Notes under the pieces: model-generated
Databases searched by the model: none
What the model was told of the DNA's origin: nothing
What the model saw: the letters and a program-made list of their open reading frames with translations, nothing else
Program-made: the position numbers and the translations under genes
NCBI RefSeq assembly: GCF_009914755.1
Contig: NC_060937.1
Reading direction: 5' to 3' (one strand)
Source: the human T2T-CHM13v2.0 reference genome, Homo sapiens
DNA: 64,000 bases
Shown: positions 40,673 to 55,526 of the stretch, in pieces
Position numbering within the stretch: the stretch's first letter is position 1
How the letters are laid out: each line of letters begins with the position of its first letter

Positions 40673-43309
40673 AGACAATAGTATTACCCATGGGACAAAA
40701 TTTGTACTATTAGCAAGAATCATTTGTGTCTCATTTAGAAACAATTTGACTTTTGTTCCATTGTTTAAACTTTGACAAAAATGGTTTTGAATAGATCTTT
40801 ATAACCTGATGCCATAAATACAAGATTCTCTGATACCTTCATTTAATATATCAATATTGGGCCTAAAAGAGTATTCTATAAAGCTTAAATTGGTATTAAC
40901 TATGATCATCTTGATGTCTATGATAGATAATAAACAAGGTCATACATACCTTACTAAACAATTTTGGTTTCTCACCAACATTTTATCTAAAAGATTTAGA
41001 CTAATTGAATTATTTAGCATTTCGAGTCATGTGCTTTATTTAGCAAGTGAGTAAAAATATTGGAATATTGAAGTATTTGCATAAAAAATCAAATGGTAGT
41101 GTTTTGTGATCTCTATTGTATTTCCTATTAAGGTTTCATATATTACTTTCCCATTGTTCCTGAATTTGAAACATGGATGAGTACCATAAAAAATAAATAA
41201 ATAAATATGCCAAACTCACTCCAATAGCATCCATCATATCATATGTATTATATAAATACATATTTTACCATTATAATTGACAAACCAGCAATTATGAGCT
41301 TGATTTTTGTGGATGCATTAGGAGCAATGTTTCTTCATAGGATATAATATTTTGTAATTTCTTATTCTTTACTGCTTGCTGCACTGTAAAACATTTATAA
41401 AATGAGTTGCTTTTAGGGTGTGAAATGAGCAATCATCAGAGGAAAAGCATTAAGGACAAGAAAGTGGAGTGAGGATCATGAAGCACATGCATTTCTTTCT
41501 CAAGGTCGTGGGTAAATTTCAGCTCCATGGAAAATCTTGAGAAAGAATCCAGCAAGAATGAGATCATGAAATGTTAGTTTTCCCCAAGTAGAAATTCCAT
41601 AATAGAACTATAAAATTGCTGCTTACAAATTTTTTCTTCCAAATTCTACTTGAAATTAGGGAATTGAAAGGGCCAGGAGGGACCTTGGAATTCATCTAGT
41701 CTGAACTCATTATACATAGGAAAAGCTAAGCTGAGCCATTCTGCAAGTCACACTAATGTGACATAGAAAATACTAGAACCTAAGGTTCTGAGTTACTGTT
41801 TCAGGTGTTCATCTGCTACAACAAACATTTATCAAACACCTAGTAGGTATAAGAGATCATTTAAACCCACCCCAAAGGATACAAAGTTGAGGAAAGCACT
41901 CTTTGCCTTTGCAGAAACCACAATCTATTATCAAAGCATATGATAGAAATTTCAATATCTAAAACACAAGATCTAATGTGTTAAGTGCCATGAGAATGAT
42001 ATAAGAGTTTAAGAAGGGAGAGATACAACAAAGTTTGGGCAAGCCAGTATGTTTCTTGAAGGAATAGTACTTAATTTGTGATGTGAAGATAAAATCTCAG
42101 TAAAGAAAAATGGGGAAGAAGATGGTAAGCCTGGCAGAAGGAATATTATTAGCAAGTGCAGGAAAATATACTCTAATCAAAAAGAGCAAGTAGCCTAATG
42201 TGACTGGATTTCAATTTACCTTTACATTTTTCTATCATGTTATTTCATGCCCATAAATTATGGCAATAGTCTAAATGAACTTGAATATCAGACCAAATTG
42301 CCTTGTCTTATGTAGTAACCCACTCAAGTTTCTAAGCAGAAAATAACCTGACCCCCATTCTCTGAGATTTGAGAAAAAATTGTGTATCCTTCACTAAAGT
42401 TTGGAATGCATTTTGGAAGGAAAGAAGAAAACAGAATGAATATGTCCTGACCACGTGTATTACTCATTTGCTCTGAAAGCCATACCCTGCCCCTTTTTCT
42501 GCTCAGCTCTGAATGTTAGTCTCACAATTAGATTTAGCTAAGTGAAGGCAGAGGAGCGGGCATCCAAAGTGTGGGAGGGAAGGAGAAGCCAGACTATTTC
42601 TTCTCACTCTCTGTACTTGAGGTAGCATCTCTTCTCTGGTTTCGGTTCCTGTTGTGCAGTCTTTGCCATGCTTCCAGCCTGGCAGCCTCGGCATTTCCTA
42701 AGCAGTTCCTTCTCCATGATTCCAGGTCCTACTGAGGCCCCAACTCAAAGAATCCCGTAGTGCCACCGCCTCCCTTTGAGCTCCATTTCTGATATTACAG
42801 AGACTTTCTGTTGTTGCTAACCTCTGGGTGCTTCACATTTCCTTATTAACCTTTCCACTCTTCCAAAATAGGATATTAAAAAGCATATTACCGAAATGTT
42901 AAAAAGCATAACTGCCTTTAGATACGATTAAACAAAGGGCCTCAAACAAAGTCACCATGGACCTGCCTCTTTCTCCCTATTCCTGGACTCTTCTGTGCTC
43001 TTTTTGCATTGTCTTTGCTGTCAGGCTAGTTCTTTCTGTATAATTGGAAAGATGACTGTTGCTTGGCCCAAGTCTACATCCAAATGAAAAAGAGATTATC
43101 TATTTTCCAGAAACCCTGTATTAAATCTCAAATTTGAATTTGATTGATTTGCTAGAGGGTAGGGTGATGAAGTTCTCTGGTCCTGGTCATTGGAGAGGGG
43201 TAAATGTTATTTCAGCCTCATTCAAGTTTTATGGAGTGAGGCATAGCATTTACTCAAAAGAAGGGATACTGGGCAAACAACAGTCATCTAATACAGAGAG
43301 ATGCTGAAA

Positions 43310-43790
43310 ATTATCTATTTGTTCCTCCATATCCACTCTTCATCCTTTTCTAACCTGATTTTGTGCAAAGGAAGCTCACCTCCTTGGCCACTCTCTTCCT
43401 TTGTCCTCTGACTTTATGTCAAGTGCAGCCAATGGAACACATTGCCATGGGATTGAAAAGCAAGAGGAAAGAGCCTTAGTGGGGTTTATTCCACCCCGAC
43501 CTGGCCAGACAGTGATGTGGCAGTGGCAGTGGCAGCATCCCTCAATGAAGCAGCTCTTGCTGGGTAGTATCTCCCATGTGCAGGTTCCCCAGTGCTCTGA
43601 TAAGAGCTCCCACCTCCCCCATCCCTACAGGACTGATGGTAGGAATGGCCTTCACCACCTCTAGTCCCTGGGTGCCTCACCGCTTCTAATGGGTTCCTTA
43701 GCTTTGTCCATACCCTGAATGAACTCTTGATTAAACCCTCTTCAGTTATCCTTTTTTTAGCATGCCAACTGATCCAGCCAGGACCTGGTT
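43310..43790 (+). mobile_element. LTR33-like old ERVL LTR
   Basis: gttcctccatatccactct...cagccaatgg...ctagtccctgggtgcctcacc...attaaaccctcttca. A similar remnant lies at about 42490-42860. Confidence 0.5.
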
Positions 43791-45183
43791 CTTACGGGTT
43801 AAATGATTATTGCCACTTTCTAGCTGACAAAGCCAAGCTTAGACATTTTCAGAAATTTACTGAAGACCACACAATGAGGAGGAGGTGGGTTTGGGACTGA
43901 AATTTTGGTTTATTTGCCTTCAAAATCTGGTTCTTAAAAGAACAATTTCTCCCCCTTTGACAGACATAAACCCAAGAGCATCTGTGCCATTGTCATGTGC
44001 CTTGTCTGTCTACCTTCTACATACATCCGAGTGTGATGGGCCAGGTAGACAGGGATTTTGGCTTCCTTAGCAAAATTGGCTCTTAAGTTAAAAAGAAAAA
44101 CAAAATAAGATGGAGAATCCCCTCTCTTACATTCACAACTTCATGGCTGATTCCAGTTTGCTTTTTGATAATATACACATTCCATTTCTTATAGTCTGTG
44201 AGTAAATGGGCCTTTCATAAGCCCATCCAAAGGGTAGCTTATAATTTTCATGCTGTCCCCTCTCCTTGCACTTTTCTTAAAGTGAATTGCTAGTTAATGC
44301 CTGAGAGAGTAAAATTCCTGATCCAATTTTTTCACAAAATGTATGGTTTTATGTGGAAGAAAATAGGAGTCTGGAAGATACTCAGTCTCAATGAACTTTA
44401 CTCCTCTGAGGAAGGTTAGCAATGGGGATAGGAGTCAGTAGAGGCACCCTCATTAGTCACCAGCTCTGATTGTAAACAGTGGGATCATTGCTTTTAATTC
44501 TTTACCAAAGAACTTTCTCTGGCACCAGATTCATGTAAGTAGAATTCAGAAATGTAAGTGGATAAAGCTTATTGTCCAAGGCTCCCAAGGACCAAAAAAG
44601 AAGGTGCAAAAAATGCTTAAAAGTAGCCAAGTAACTCTGACCTGGAGTGCTGAAGTTCATTCCCTTTCTACATCATTTCCATAATATCTCCATATCCAAA
44701 TGGTATCCCAGAATACATGAAGGAATTAGGAAGTCTAAGAAGTTAAATGGAAAATAATAGCATGGGTAAAGTGCAATTAATGCCATAGGCAGGAAAGGCA
44801 AATACACTGATTTAGCTGAGATTTAACACAACTTTGGAATTCAGCTTGGCAAAGCAAGAGGGGACATTGGAAAAGCCATACCTTGCTAAGAGAAAAAGTA
44901 GCTTTCTATTCTGAAGCAGCTATATATGTGCAGTCATAGAAGGTCCAAACCATGAGAGAAATGAGCAGTCTGGTTTATGAGAAGAATCCAATGCAAGAAG
45001 GCATTTACATGTAGCTAAATCACTGATCTTGAGAGGTCAAGGATGATAGAAACCTTATTTAATGACAAGGTAACAAAAACAGAAATAATACTTTTTAAAT
45101 TATTTTTAAAATCTTACTTGTGATGCATACTAATGTCCCAGAGTTGTGTGGGCTTTTCTCCAGAAGTACAGATTCACAAAGCA

Positions 45184-45497
45184 TTATTTATTTATTTATT
45201 TATTATACTTTAAGTTCTGGGATACATGTGCAGAATGTGCAGGTTTGTTACATAGGTATACACATGCCATGGTGGTTTGCTGCACCTATCAACACATCAT
45301 CTATGTTAGGTATTTCTCCTAATGCCATCACTCTCCTAGCCCCTCACCCCATAATAGGCCCCACTGTGTGATGTTCCCCTCTTTGTGTCCATGTGATCTT
45401 ATTGTTCATTTCCCACTTGTGAGTGAGAATATGTGATACTTGGTTTTCTGTTCCTGTGTTAGTTTGTTTAGAATGATGGTTTCCAGCTTCATCCATG
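45184..45497 (-). mobile_element. L1PA (about PA7/8) 3' end
   Basis: tattatactttaagttctgggatacatgtgcagaatgtgcagg...ttccagcttcatccatg. Confidence 0.9.
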
Positions 45498-46402
45498 ATT
45501 ATTTTGAGAAAAGTTTAGAGTAAAACAAAGGATAGACCAAGGGCCTCTGTGGTCAGAGTTTGTGCTCTGAAAGGGGGTCCCTTTCTCCATGGTGCTAGGC
45601 AGTCACGGTGATACACAGACAAAACAGAAATGATCTCCCTATTTTCTTCAACCAAGTTCCAATTACTCCCAGCATCTTCACAATGGGTGAGAATGAACCT
45701 CTGTTGAGTGCAACATGCTCTGTGGTTTGTGTTTCTTTACTTTTTTGTTTTGCTGCAAGGTTGCAGGCTCCTTTGTAGTCTACAAACACCTTGAGAGCAG
45801 GGATGGCCTTTATTCATCATTGTTCTTATTCCTTAGCTCAAGGCCTGGACACATAACAGGCATTTAATAAAGTGAGTTCTGTTAACCTCATCTTTAAATG
45901 TTGATGTTGTTTTCTTTTCAGGGGAAAAACTTATTTAGGTCACACACATACACACATACCACATGCAGTCACACTCCAGAAAAGTAAATCCAACACATAC
46001 ACACACACAAAGAACAACTGATGTAAAAAATAGTAATGGTAAATTGAAGGCAATAAAACATTTATTTTTATACTAAAATTAAAAAATAAGATATGAAGAA
46101 AGCTGAGCATAAAAGACTGACATATACAGAAGCTACAAGAAAACAGACCCACAAAGCATTATTTCATGTCTTCATGTACTGATTTTTTTTCTCTAACATG
46201 GGGAATGAGGTAGGATTTCCATTGCCTCCCACTTTCTGTTGGCTGCTGATGGCTACATTTCCTTTTCTGAGAATCTCACATATTGACCATAGATATTGTT
46301 GTCACTAAATAAACCACAGGCACCATTAATCAAATAGGAATTCGTGAAAGGGAAAGAGGTATAGTGGGTTGAATAATTTTTCCCTAAATTTATACGCATC
46401 TG

Positions 46403-47088
<686 letters not shown>

Positions 47089-48594
47089 TCAGAATGTGAC
47101 CTTATTTGAAAAGAGAATCTTTGTAGATATATTTGGGATATAAAAAGGATTCTGGGATAAAACCATCCTGGATTTACAGTGCATACAAAAATCTAGTGTA
47201 ATGACTGGTGTCTGTATGAGAAGAGGGAAAAATACAGAGACACAGGGTATAAGGCCATTTGTAACCTCTGGCAGAGATTGGAGTTATCCTGCCACAGACC
47301 AAGAAATGCAAAGGCCCAGAAGAAGATGAAAGAGGCAAGGAAGGATTGCAACCTTCCAAGGAAGGGTGTCCCTGCTAACACCTTGATTTTGGACTTCTGA
47401 CCTTCACAACAGTGAGAGAATACATTCTTGTTGTTTAAGCCACCCGGTTTGTGGTACTTTGTTACAGTGGCCTCACGAAACTAATACAGGAGGTTTTTTG
47501 TTTAGCATATTACAGGATATTGACTTGAGTAGGAACTCAGATTTCACAGAGAGATAGTTGGATGAGGTCTATGTATTAACACCACATTGAATATAAACTC
47601 TATAAGTGGGAAGCATTGTTTCCAGGAAGAGCAAATACCACATTCCAACCATATTGATGGTCGTTGAGTCAGGGCCCTCTTCTTCTATGAGATTCCTGTC
47701 GAAACTACCTTATCAGCAACTGTCTGGCTGAGAGCAAGAATAATCTTTTGCCTCTTTTATACACAGATTTTATGTAGTTAATTAAATAAATGTTAATTTA
47801 AATTAATAAAAATCATACTAAAGCAATTTCTAAAAATATATTTATCAGCCACTTTTTTTTGTAGGTCTTCAATAGAAGAATGAAATCCATGAAAAATCCT
47901 CGGGTTTTCAGAGTTTCATCTTGATATCTTAGCATTCTGTCAAGCTATAGGCTGAGGGAGAAACATTCTGCAGCTTCCCTTAGAAGACCCACTTTGGATC
48001 CACCTTTCCTCAGAGGCATTTTTCAGGATTTCTGTGTCTAGATTTCTCCCTGGGAAAACCAGGGATAAAACCATCAGTCACATCACTTGCAGCCCAGGGA
48101 ATGTTCAGCTGGCACACGTGACTAGACCAGTGGTAGAAGGCATGCAGGACTTAGGATTTCACATTTCTTTACGTTTGACCTTTACATTTCTAACAAGAAA
48201 GGCATTGTTTATTAATGTCTTCATTTTACACAGGAAAAAAAATGAAGATCAGGATAGTTAAGGCAGTAATTTTCCTATGTTTTTCACTCTTTTGAGGAAT
48301 GGGCTGGCCCCGGGAGATGGGATGCAGTGAGAAGGAAGAAAAGGCAGCCTAGCTTTTATCTCATCAAAGTCAAAAGTCTTATGGACACACCTTTGCAATA
48401 CCTCCCCTGGAAGTGACTTAAGTGTTATGTATTTCCATATGCCCTTATTTTAGTAATTTTTCCATGGGAAAACAAATCCATGACTCAGTAAAATTTGACG
48501 AAGTAAATCGCCTAAAATTTCACAACAAAACTCCCCCTAAATGGCGGTGGGAAGCCACAGTTAGAAACAAATTTTGGCCTACTATTTTTCAACT

Positions 48595-49064
48595 AATTTT
48601 TAAAATAGTGGTAAAATACACATAACATAAAATTTACCATCTTAACCATTTTTAAGTGTGAAGTTCAATAGTGTTAAGTGAATTACATTGTTGTGTAATC
48701 AATGTCCAGAACTTTTCCATCTGTCACAACTGAAACTCTATCCCCATTAAACAACTCCTCATTTTCCCCTCTCCTCAGCTCCTGGCAACCATAATTCTAC
48801 TTTCCATTTCTATGCATTTTATTACTTTAGACACTTCATGTAAGTGGACTCATAGTATTTGCCTTTTTGTGGCTTGCTTATTTTACTTAGCATGTCTGCA
48901 AGATGCATCCACGTTGTAGTATTGTGTCAGAGTTTCATTCCCATTTAAGGCTGAATAATATATATATATATACAAATTTTGTTTCCATTCATCTGTAGAT
49001 GAACACTTGGGTAGTTTCTAATCTTGACTATTGTAAGTAATGCTGCTATGAACATAGGTGTACA
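48595..49064 (-). mobile_element. L1MB 3' end
   Basis: gtggtaaaatacacataacataaaatttaccatcttaaccatttttaagtgt...tgctgctatgaacataggtgtaca. Confidence 0.85.
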
Positions 49065-49168
49065 CTCTACCTACTACTTTTAATCACAATTTAAACCCTT
49101 CCATTTTGAGAAAAGTTGTAAAATAACAGAATATGTTTTATTTAGAAAATTAATCATTTTTATTCTCA

Positions 49169-49540
<372 letters not shown>

Positions 49541-49662
49541 GGAAGAAGGAAAAGAGAAGGAAGGAAGGAAGGAAAAAAAGAAAGAAAAAAGAGAAAGAGA
49601 AAAGAAAGAAAGGAAGAAAGGAAGGAAGGAAGGAAGGAAGGAAGGAAGGAAGGAAGAAAGAA

Positions 49663-49722
<60 letters not shown>

Positions 49723-49771
49723 GAAAGAAAGAAAAAAGAGGGAGGGAGGGAGGGAGGGAGGAAGGAAGGAG

Positions 49772-49825
<54 letters not shown>

Positions 49826-49880
49826 GGAGAAAGGGAGAAAGAAAGGAAAGAAAGAAAGAGAAAGAAGAAAGAAAGAAAGA
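49541..49880. repeat. Compound (GAAA)n/(GGAA)n/(GGGA)n purine microsatellite from the Alu tail
   Basis: About 340 bp composed only of A and G on the + strand. Confidence 0.97.
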
Positions 49881-50189
49881 CAAAATTTCAGAGTACGTTG
49901 CTGCTTTGAATTGAGTTGTGCATTGGGAAGCATCAGTCTCCCAGGGAGGGACAGAGAGCTGATAAGGTAGCATGCATTCTCCCAAATCTGTCCCACCCAG
50001 GGAATAATGTGCTAGATTTTTCTGACATGCTTCTGGAGGGTGAGAATGCTAAAAGTCCCTCGCAGAATCATTTCCCATTACTAAATTCACCTGGTTTATT
50101 ACATCTCATGAATGAAATTTTTCAATTAAGTCTTCCCCTTGTTTTTGTTGTGTTGTAACTAGTTTAGGATGACTGTTCTACTTAGAGAT

Positions 50190-50562
50190 GGTATCTTAGT
50201 CCATTTAGGCTGTTACAGAAATTTTTATTACAAAAACACCATAAACTAGGTAGGTTATAAACAACATAAATTTATTTCTTACAGTACTAGAGGCTTGGAA
50301 AGCTGAGATTAAGTCACTATCAGAATCAGTATCTGGTGAGGCCATTTCCTGGTTCACAGACAATGGCTGTCTTCTCACTGTGTCTTCTCCTGCAATTGAT
50401 TTCTCTTGCAGTGGATCTCTTGCATGTCTTTGATAAGAACACTAATCTCATTCACCAATTCATGAATCACTAATCACTTATGAAAGGCTCCATCTCCTAA
50501 TGCCATCATATTGGGAATTAGAATTTCAACATAGGAATTTTGGGGGAATATTAGTCTATTGT
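50190..50562 (-). mobile_element. MLT1A/MST-type LTR
   Basis: tatcttagtccatttaggctg...caccataaactagg...tttcaacataggaattttggggg. Confidence 0.7.
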
Positions 50563-50787
50563 TGATGGTTTGATGACCTAATTCTCATGGTGGTTTTAAC
50601 CCATGCTCCCTTTTAATAAACATAAAATGTTGTAAAATTATATACTTTTTCTCATAGACAACTCCCCCCCTTCCTCATACTTTATCCTCTTTAAAATCGC
50701 TGATATACTTAGAAGATGGTTTAGTTTCTAGGCATTTCTGCAGACTGATTAGGTAGAGCTTTTATTTTTCTTTGACCAAATATTATA

Positions 50788-51184
<397 letters not shown>

Positions 51185-51340
51185 TAAGGATCATATCATT
51201 TTAATTAGGAAGTTATTTGGCTACCTTCAAAATATGATTTGTCTTTATAAATATTGGACTAATAACTCCAATTTGTGCACACGACATCTGAAGAATGTTA
51301 CGAACATGTGTGAACTCTGTAAGGCTCCCAGTCCAACTTT

Positions 51341-51627
<287 letters not shown>

Positions 51628-51769
51628 CCGGTCCAACTTTTATTTCATTTTCATCTTTCCTAATCCAGCCTTGTGTTGGAAGCTTCTTCAGACTAAACCA
51701 AGAAAACCTTAGGTCTTCATGTTCATATGGGGACTTTAATGTTGATATGGCGTTTGTACACTTTAAAAT

Positions 51770-51960
51770 ATTTACACATATGTTAACCTTGTGGTGATTC
51801 TCTGAGGCATGACAGATACTATTTTCCTTGTTTTATAGAAGAGAAAACTTGAATTACAGAGAGGTGAAGTGACCGCCCTGAGGGCTTCCCCAGCTAGCAA
51901 ATTCAGGATAGGCTGAGCTGGATTCCAGGTTCTCTGGCTTCCAGTCTGGTACTCTTCCTG
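51770..51960 (-). mobile_element. MIR
   Basis: ttttatagaagagaaaact...cagagaggtgaagtgac. Confidence 0.55.
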
Positions 51961-53039
51961 CTATTCCATGCTGTGTTTTCTGATTGAAAAATCATAAGTC
52001 TTTGGTATTTCTCAGCTTGGTCAAATCTGTTTAAAGATCACTTAGCCCACTTTTGTCTGAGTCCATATGAACCAAGTGATCCTTTAATCTGTCTTACTGA
52101 GTAAATGCACCCTTCCTGAAGTAAGTGAGTGCCCTATGGAGTTAGGTGCTGAGCTGAGCTGCAGTCCTGGGTTATTTATTGCCAATTTGGCATCACCAAC
52201 TCTCCCTTCTAAGGGTTCCTCTGTCTTTCAGAAAAGTTGGGAGCTATATTTGCAGAACGCCCTTCCCATATGGTTATAGGTTGGTTTACCAAGAAGTCCC
52301 TTCCCTTGCTGAAGATTTGGAAGGCTGAAACGAATGACAGGCTAAAGGGGGTTAGAGGCAGAAATGTGGACAGCCATGAGATTCTAAGAGGCTCCACCAG
52401 AAAGCCACTCCCTTCATCACTGCAGACTGTGATGGTTGAAGAGAAATATCTAGAAGTTCAAGGACAATGGACAATGAACAGGAAACTATTCAGCTGGGAG
52501 CTGAGCTGAGGTTGTCCACCGTGGCTTCATTGACCTCAGCTTCCCCTAGTCTTCCAATGGTTGTATAGGCTTTTTGACATCTGCATTAAACCTTTTTAAT
52601 TTGGATTATCTAGAGCAACCAGTTTTTCTTGACTAAACCCTGACTGATAGAATCATTCCCATGCTAAGTGCTAACATTTTGATTATGACTTTTATTCTTA
52701 TTGCTAAAGTATAATTTCAAAAGATATAATTAGGACACTGATGCAAATATAATATGAATATATGGCAAGGATTTGTTCAACTCATTAGTTAGGTGGGGAA
52801 ACAATTAGATATTAAGACCAGTTCAAACAATATTTGAGGAGCTAGGTATTTATAGACCATTTAATTTTAAAATGTTAAGATAATTGGGTTATATATAAAA
52901 CTTGTTAATATCTTACAGAGCAATGCATAATAACATTTGGGGTTATATTTTCCACCAAATCATATGCCTTTCCATGGGACAAAAATCAACATGTTAAAGT
53001 AAAACTTCTGGGACCTTCAATAGATATTTTTTAAATTAG

Positions 53040-53270
53040 CATCATCATCATCATAATTTGCTATGCACTTGATAGGTTATAGACACTACAGTAACATGTT
53101 CTCAAACATGTAATTGTCCTTTCAACAATTCTGTGAGGTGGATTTTGTCATCCCCATTTTAGAGATTTGGAAACTGAGCCCAGTGAACCCACCTGACCTC
53201 CTCAAGGTCATGGACTGAGTTAGAGCTAGGATTTAAATCCAGATTTGTCTCACACTGAGGCCTGTGATTT
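53040..53270 (-). mobile_element. MIR
   Basis: caacaattctgtgaggtgg...ccccattttagagatttggaaactgag...aggatttaaatccag. Confidence 0.65.
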
Positions 53271-53507
53271 CCTCCTAGTTCACTATCACCTAATTAATTC
53301 AGATACTCCTGACTCTCTCTGTGTTAATTAATAAAATCAGCTTGGAGAATAACAAAGTTGAAAACTAAGCAAAGGAACATAACTGAATACAAAATGTTAT
53401 TACAAAAGATTAACGGCTTTGAAAAGTAAAAGCAGTATGAACTATGCCATGTAAACCTTGGGGGGATAAGGGCCTTAGATTATTCAAAAGATAAATATAT
53501 TTGGAAA

Positions 53508-53734
53508 TTTTTTTTAATTTTTTATTTTTTTAATTATACTTTAAGTTCTATGGTACATGTGCACAACGTGCGGGTTTGTTACATAGGTATACATGTGCCA
53601 TGTTACTTTGCTGCACCCATTAACTTGTCATTTACCTTAGGTATTTCTCCTAATGCTATCCCTCCCCGCTCCCCCCACCCCACAACAGGCCCTATGGTGT
53701 GATGTTCCCTGCCCTGTGTCCAAGTGTTCTCATT
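53508..53734 (-). mobile_element. L1PA (about PA4-6) 3' end
   Basis: attatactttaagttctatggtacatgtgcacaacgtg...tgtgtccaagtgttctcatt; atttggaaa on both flanks. Confidence 0.9.
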
Positions 53735-54164
53735 TGGAAAAATTTTAACAACTGAGATTAAAAATCCAAACTTGCCATTTCCACCAGATTATTTTTTCAC
53801 GGTCTGTGATGTGCCAAGTATAAAGAATAGGAGTAACATAAATGCAGGCCCCAACCAAGCAGAGTCTCTCAAACTTGAATAGAGCGTGGAACCTACTTAG
53901 TAGAGGGAGTGAGGGAGACAGAGTTCCCAGACTCTGAGCCCACGCCCTCTCATCCAAAAGTTTAGAGAGCACAGCTTGCGAGATTCATGGTCAGAATAGG
54001 CCTGATCATTTTTGGTGCTAGAATAAGATAAATTGTGTCTTTCAATTAACATTTTTCTATTTGCAACATTCTTACTTCATCCTCAGCCAGTGTAAAAATC
54101 AAAGTTTTATTGTAGATTAAAGAAAATAAATGAAAACATGGACAAAAAAGATAAATGAATTAGC

Positions 54165-54280
54165 ATGAGTTGTGGTTAAGGGCATAGACTCTGGAGTCAG
54201 AATGTCTGTGTTCAAATCCTGACTCTACTGTGTCCTGTGAAACTTTGGGTTGGTCACTCAACCTGTCTGTGCCTCAGTGT
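54165..54280 (+). mobile_element. MIR (resumes at about 54972-55012 after LTR8)
   Basis: gtggttaagggcatagactctggagtcaga...ttcaaatcctgactct...ctgtgcctcagt, then cttcatctataaaaacagggctaataa. Confidence 0.7.
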
Positions 54281-54971
54281 TGTAAACGTCCAGTGGGTTT
54301 ACCTTGGCCACTGCCTAGACAGAGCCAATTAATCAAGATGGGAATTGCAATAGAGAAAGAGTGAATTCACACAGAGCCAGCTGTACAGGAGACTGGAGAT
54401 TCATTATTTCTCAAATCCATCTCCCAGAGCTTTCAGAGTTTTTAAGGATAATTTGGTGCATGGAGGAAGGCCAGTGAGTCCAGAGTGCTGATTGGTTAGG
54501 TCAGAGATAAAATCATAAGGAATTGAAGCTGTTCTCTTTCACTGAGTCCGTTCCTGGGTGGGGGCCACAAGATCAGATGAGCCAGTTTATCGATCTGAGT
54601 GTTTCAATAAACTGGGTGCCAGCTGATCCATCAAGTGCCGGGGCTGCAAAATACCTCAAGCACTGATCTTAGGAGCAGTTTAGGGAGGATTAGAATCTTG
54701 TAGCCTCCAGCTGCATGACTCCTAAACGATAATTTCTAATTTTGTAGCTAATTTGTTAGTCTTACAAAGGCAGTCTAGTTCCCAGGCAAGAAGGAGGTTT
54801 GTTTTGAGAAAGGGGTGTTAATATCTTTGTTTTACACTATAAAGTAAGTTCCTCCCAAAGTTAGTTCACCCTACACCCAGGAATGAACAAGGACAGCTTG
54901 GAGGTTAAAAGCAGATGGAGTTGGTTAGGTCAGATCTCTTTCTCAGTTATAAGTTTGCAATAGCTGTTTCA
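54281..54971 (-). mobile_element. LTR8-type ERV1 solo LTR
   Basis: Reverse complement starts tgaaacagctattgcaaacttataactgag...gagatctgacctaaccaactccatct; TG...CA ends; about 690 bp. Confidence 0.85.
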
Positions 54972-55526
54972 TTGTCTTCATCTATAAAAACAGGGCTAAT
55001 AAGAATTATACCTCCGTTCATCAACACCAACATCTTTGCCAGGACCAAGATAGACCCCAGCGCCTTGGTGCAGAAGCTGGAGCTGGATGTGAGGAGCGTC
55101 ACTTCCATCAGGAGAGGTGCAGAGGCCAAGACCGTTTTGCCCAAGAAGGAGAAAATGAAGCTGAGGCGTGAGCAATGGTTGCAGAAAATCGAAGCCATAA
55201 AACTGGCTGAGCAGAAGCACAGGGAGGAGCGGAGGCGGAGGGCCACGGTGGTGGTGGGGGACCTGCACCCGCTCAGGGATGCCCTGCCCGAGCTGCTGGG
55301 GCTCGAGGCTGGCAGCCGGCGCCAAACCCGCAGCAGGGAGAGCAACAAGCCCCGGCCCTCAGAGCTCAGCCGGATGAGCGCAGCCCAGAGACAGCAGCTT
55401 CTCGAGGAAGAAAGGACCCGGTTTCAGGAGCTGCTGGCCAGTCCGGCCTACAGAGCCAGCCCTCTGGTGGCCATCGGGCAGACGCTGGCCCGGCAGATGC
55501 AGCTGGAAGATGGCGGCCAGCTCTGA
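54915..55526 (+). CDS. Chimeric 203-aa ORF: LTR8/MIR-derived N-terminus fused in frame to the SLX9 C-terminal part (about 169 aa); expression unproven
   Basis: The ATG at 54915 lies inside the antisense LTR8; the frame is open through the MIR remnant into SLX9 up to the native stop. Confidence 0.3.
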   Translation: MELVRSDLFLSYKFAIAVSLSSSIKTGLIRIIPPFINTNIFARTKIDPSALVQKLELDVRSVTSIRRGAEAKTVLPKKEKMKLRREQWLQKIEAIKLAEQKHREERRRRATVVVGDLHPLRDALPELLGLEAGSRRQTRSRESNKPRPSELSRMSAAQRQQLLEEERTRFQELLASPAYRASPLVAIGQTLARQMQLEDGGQL

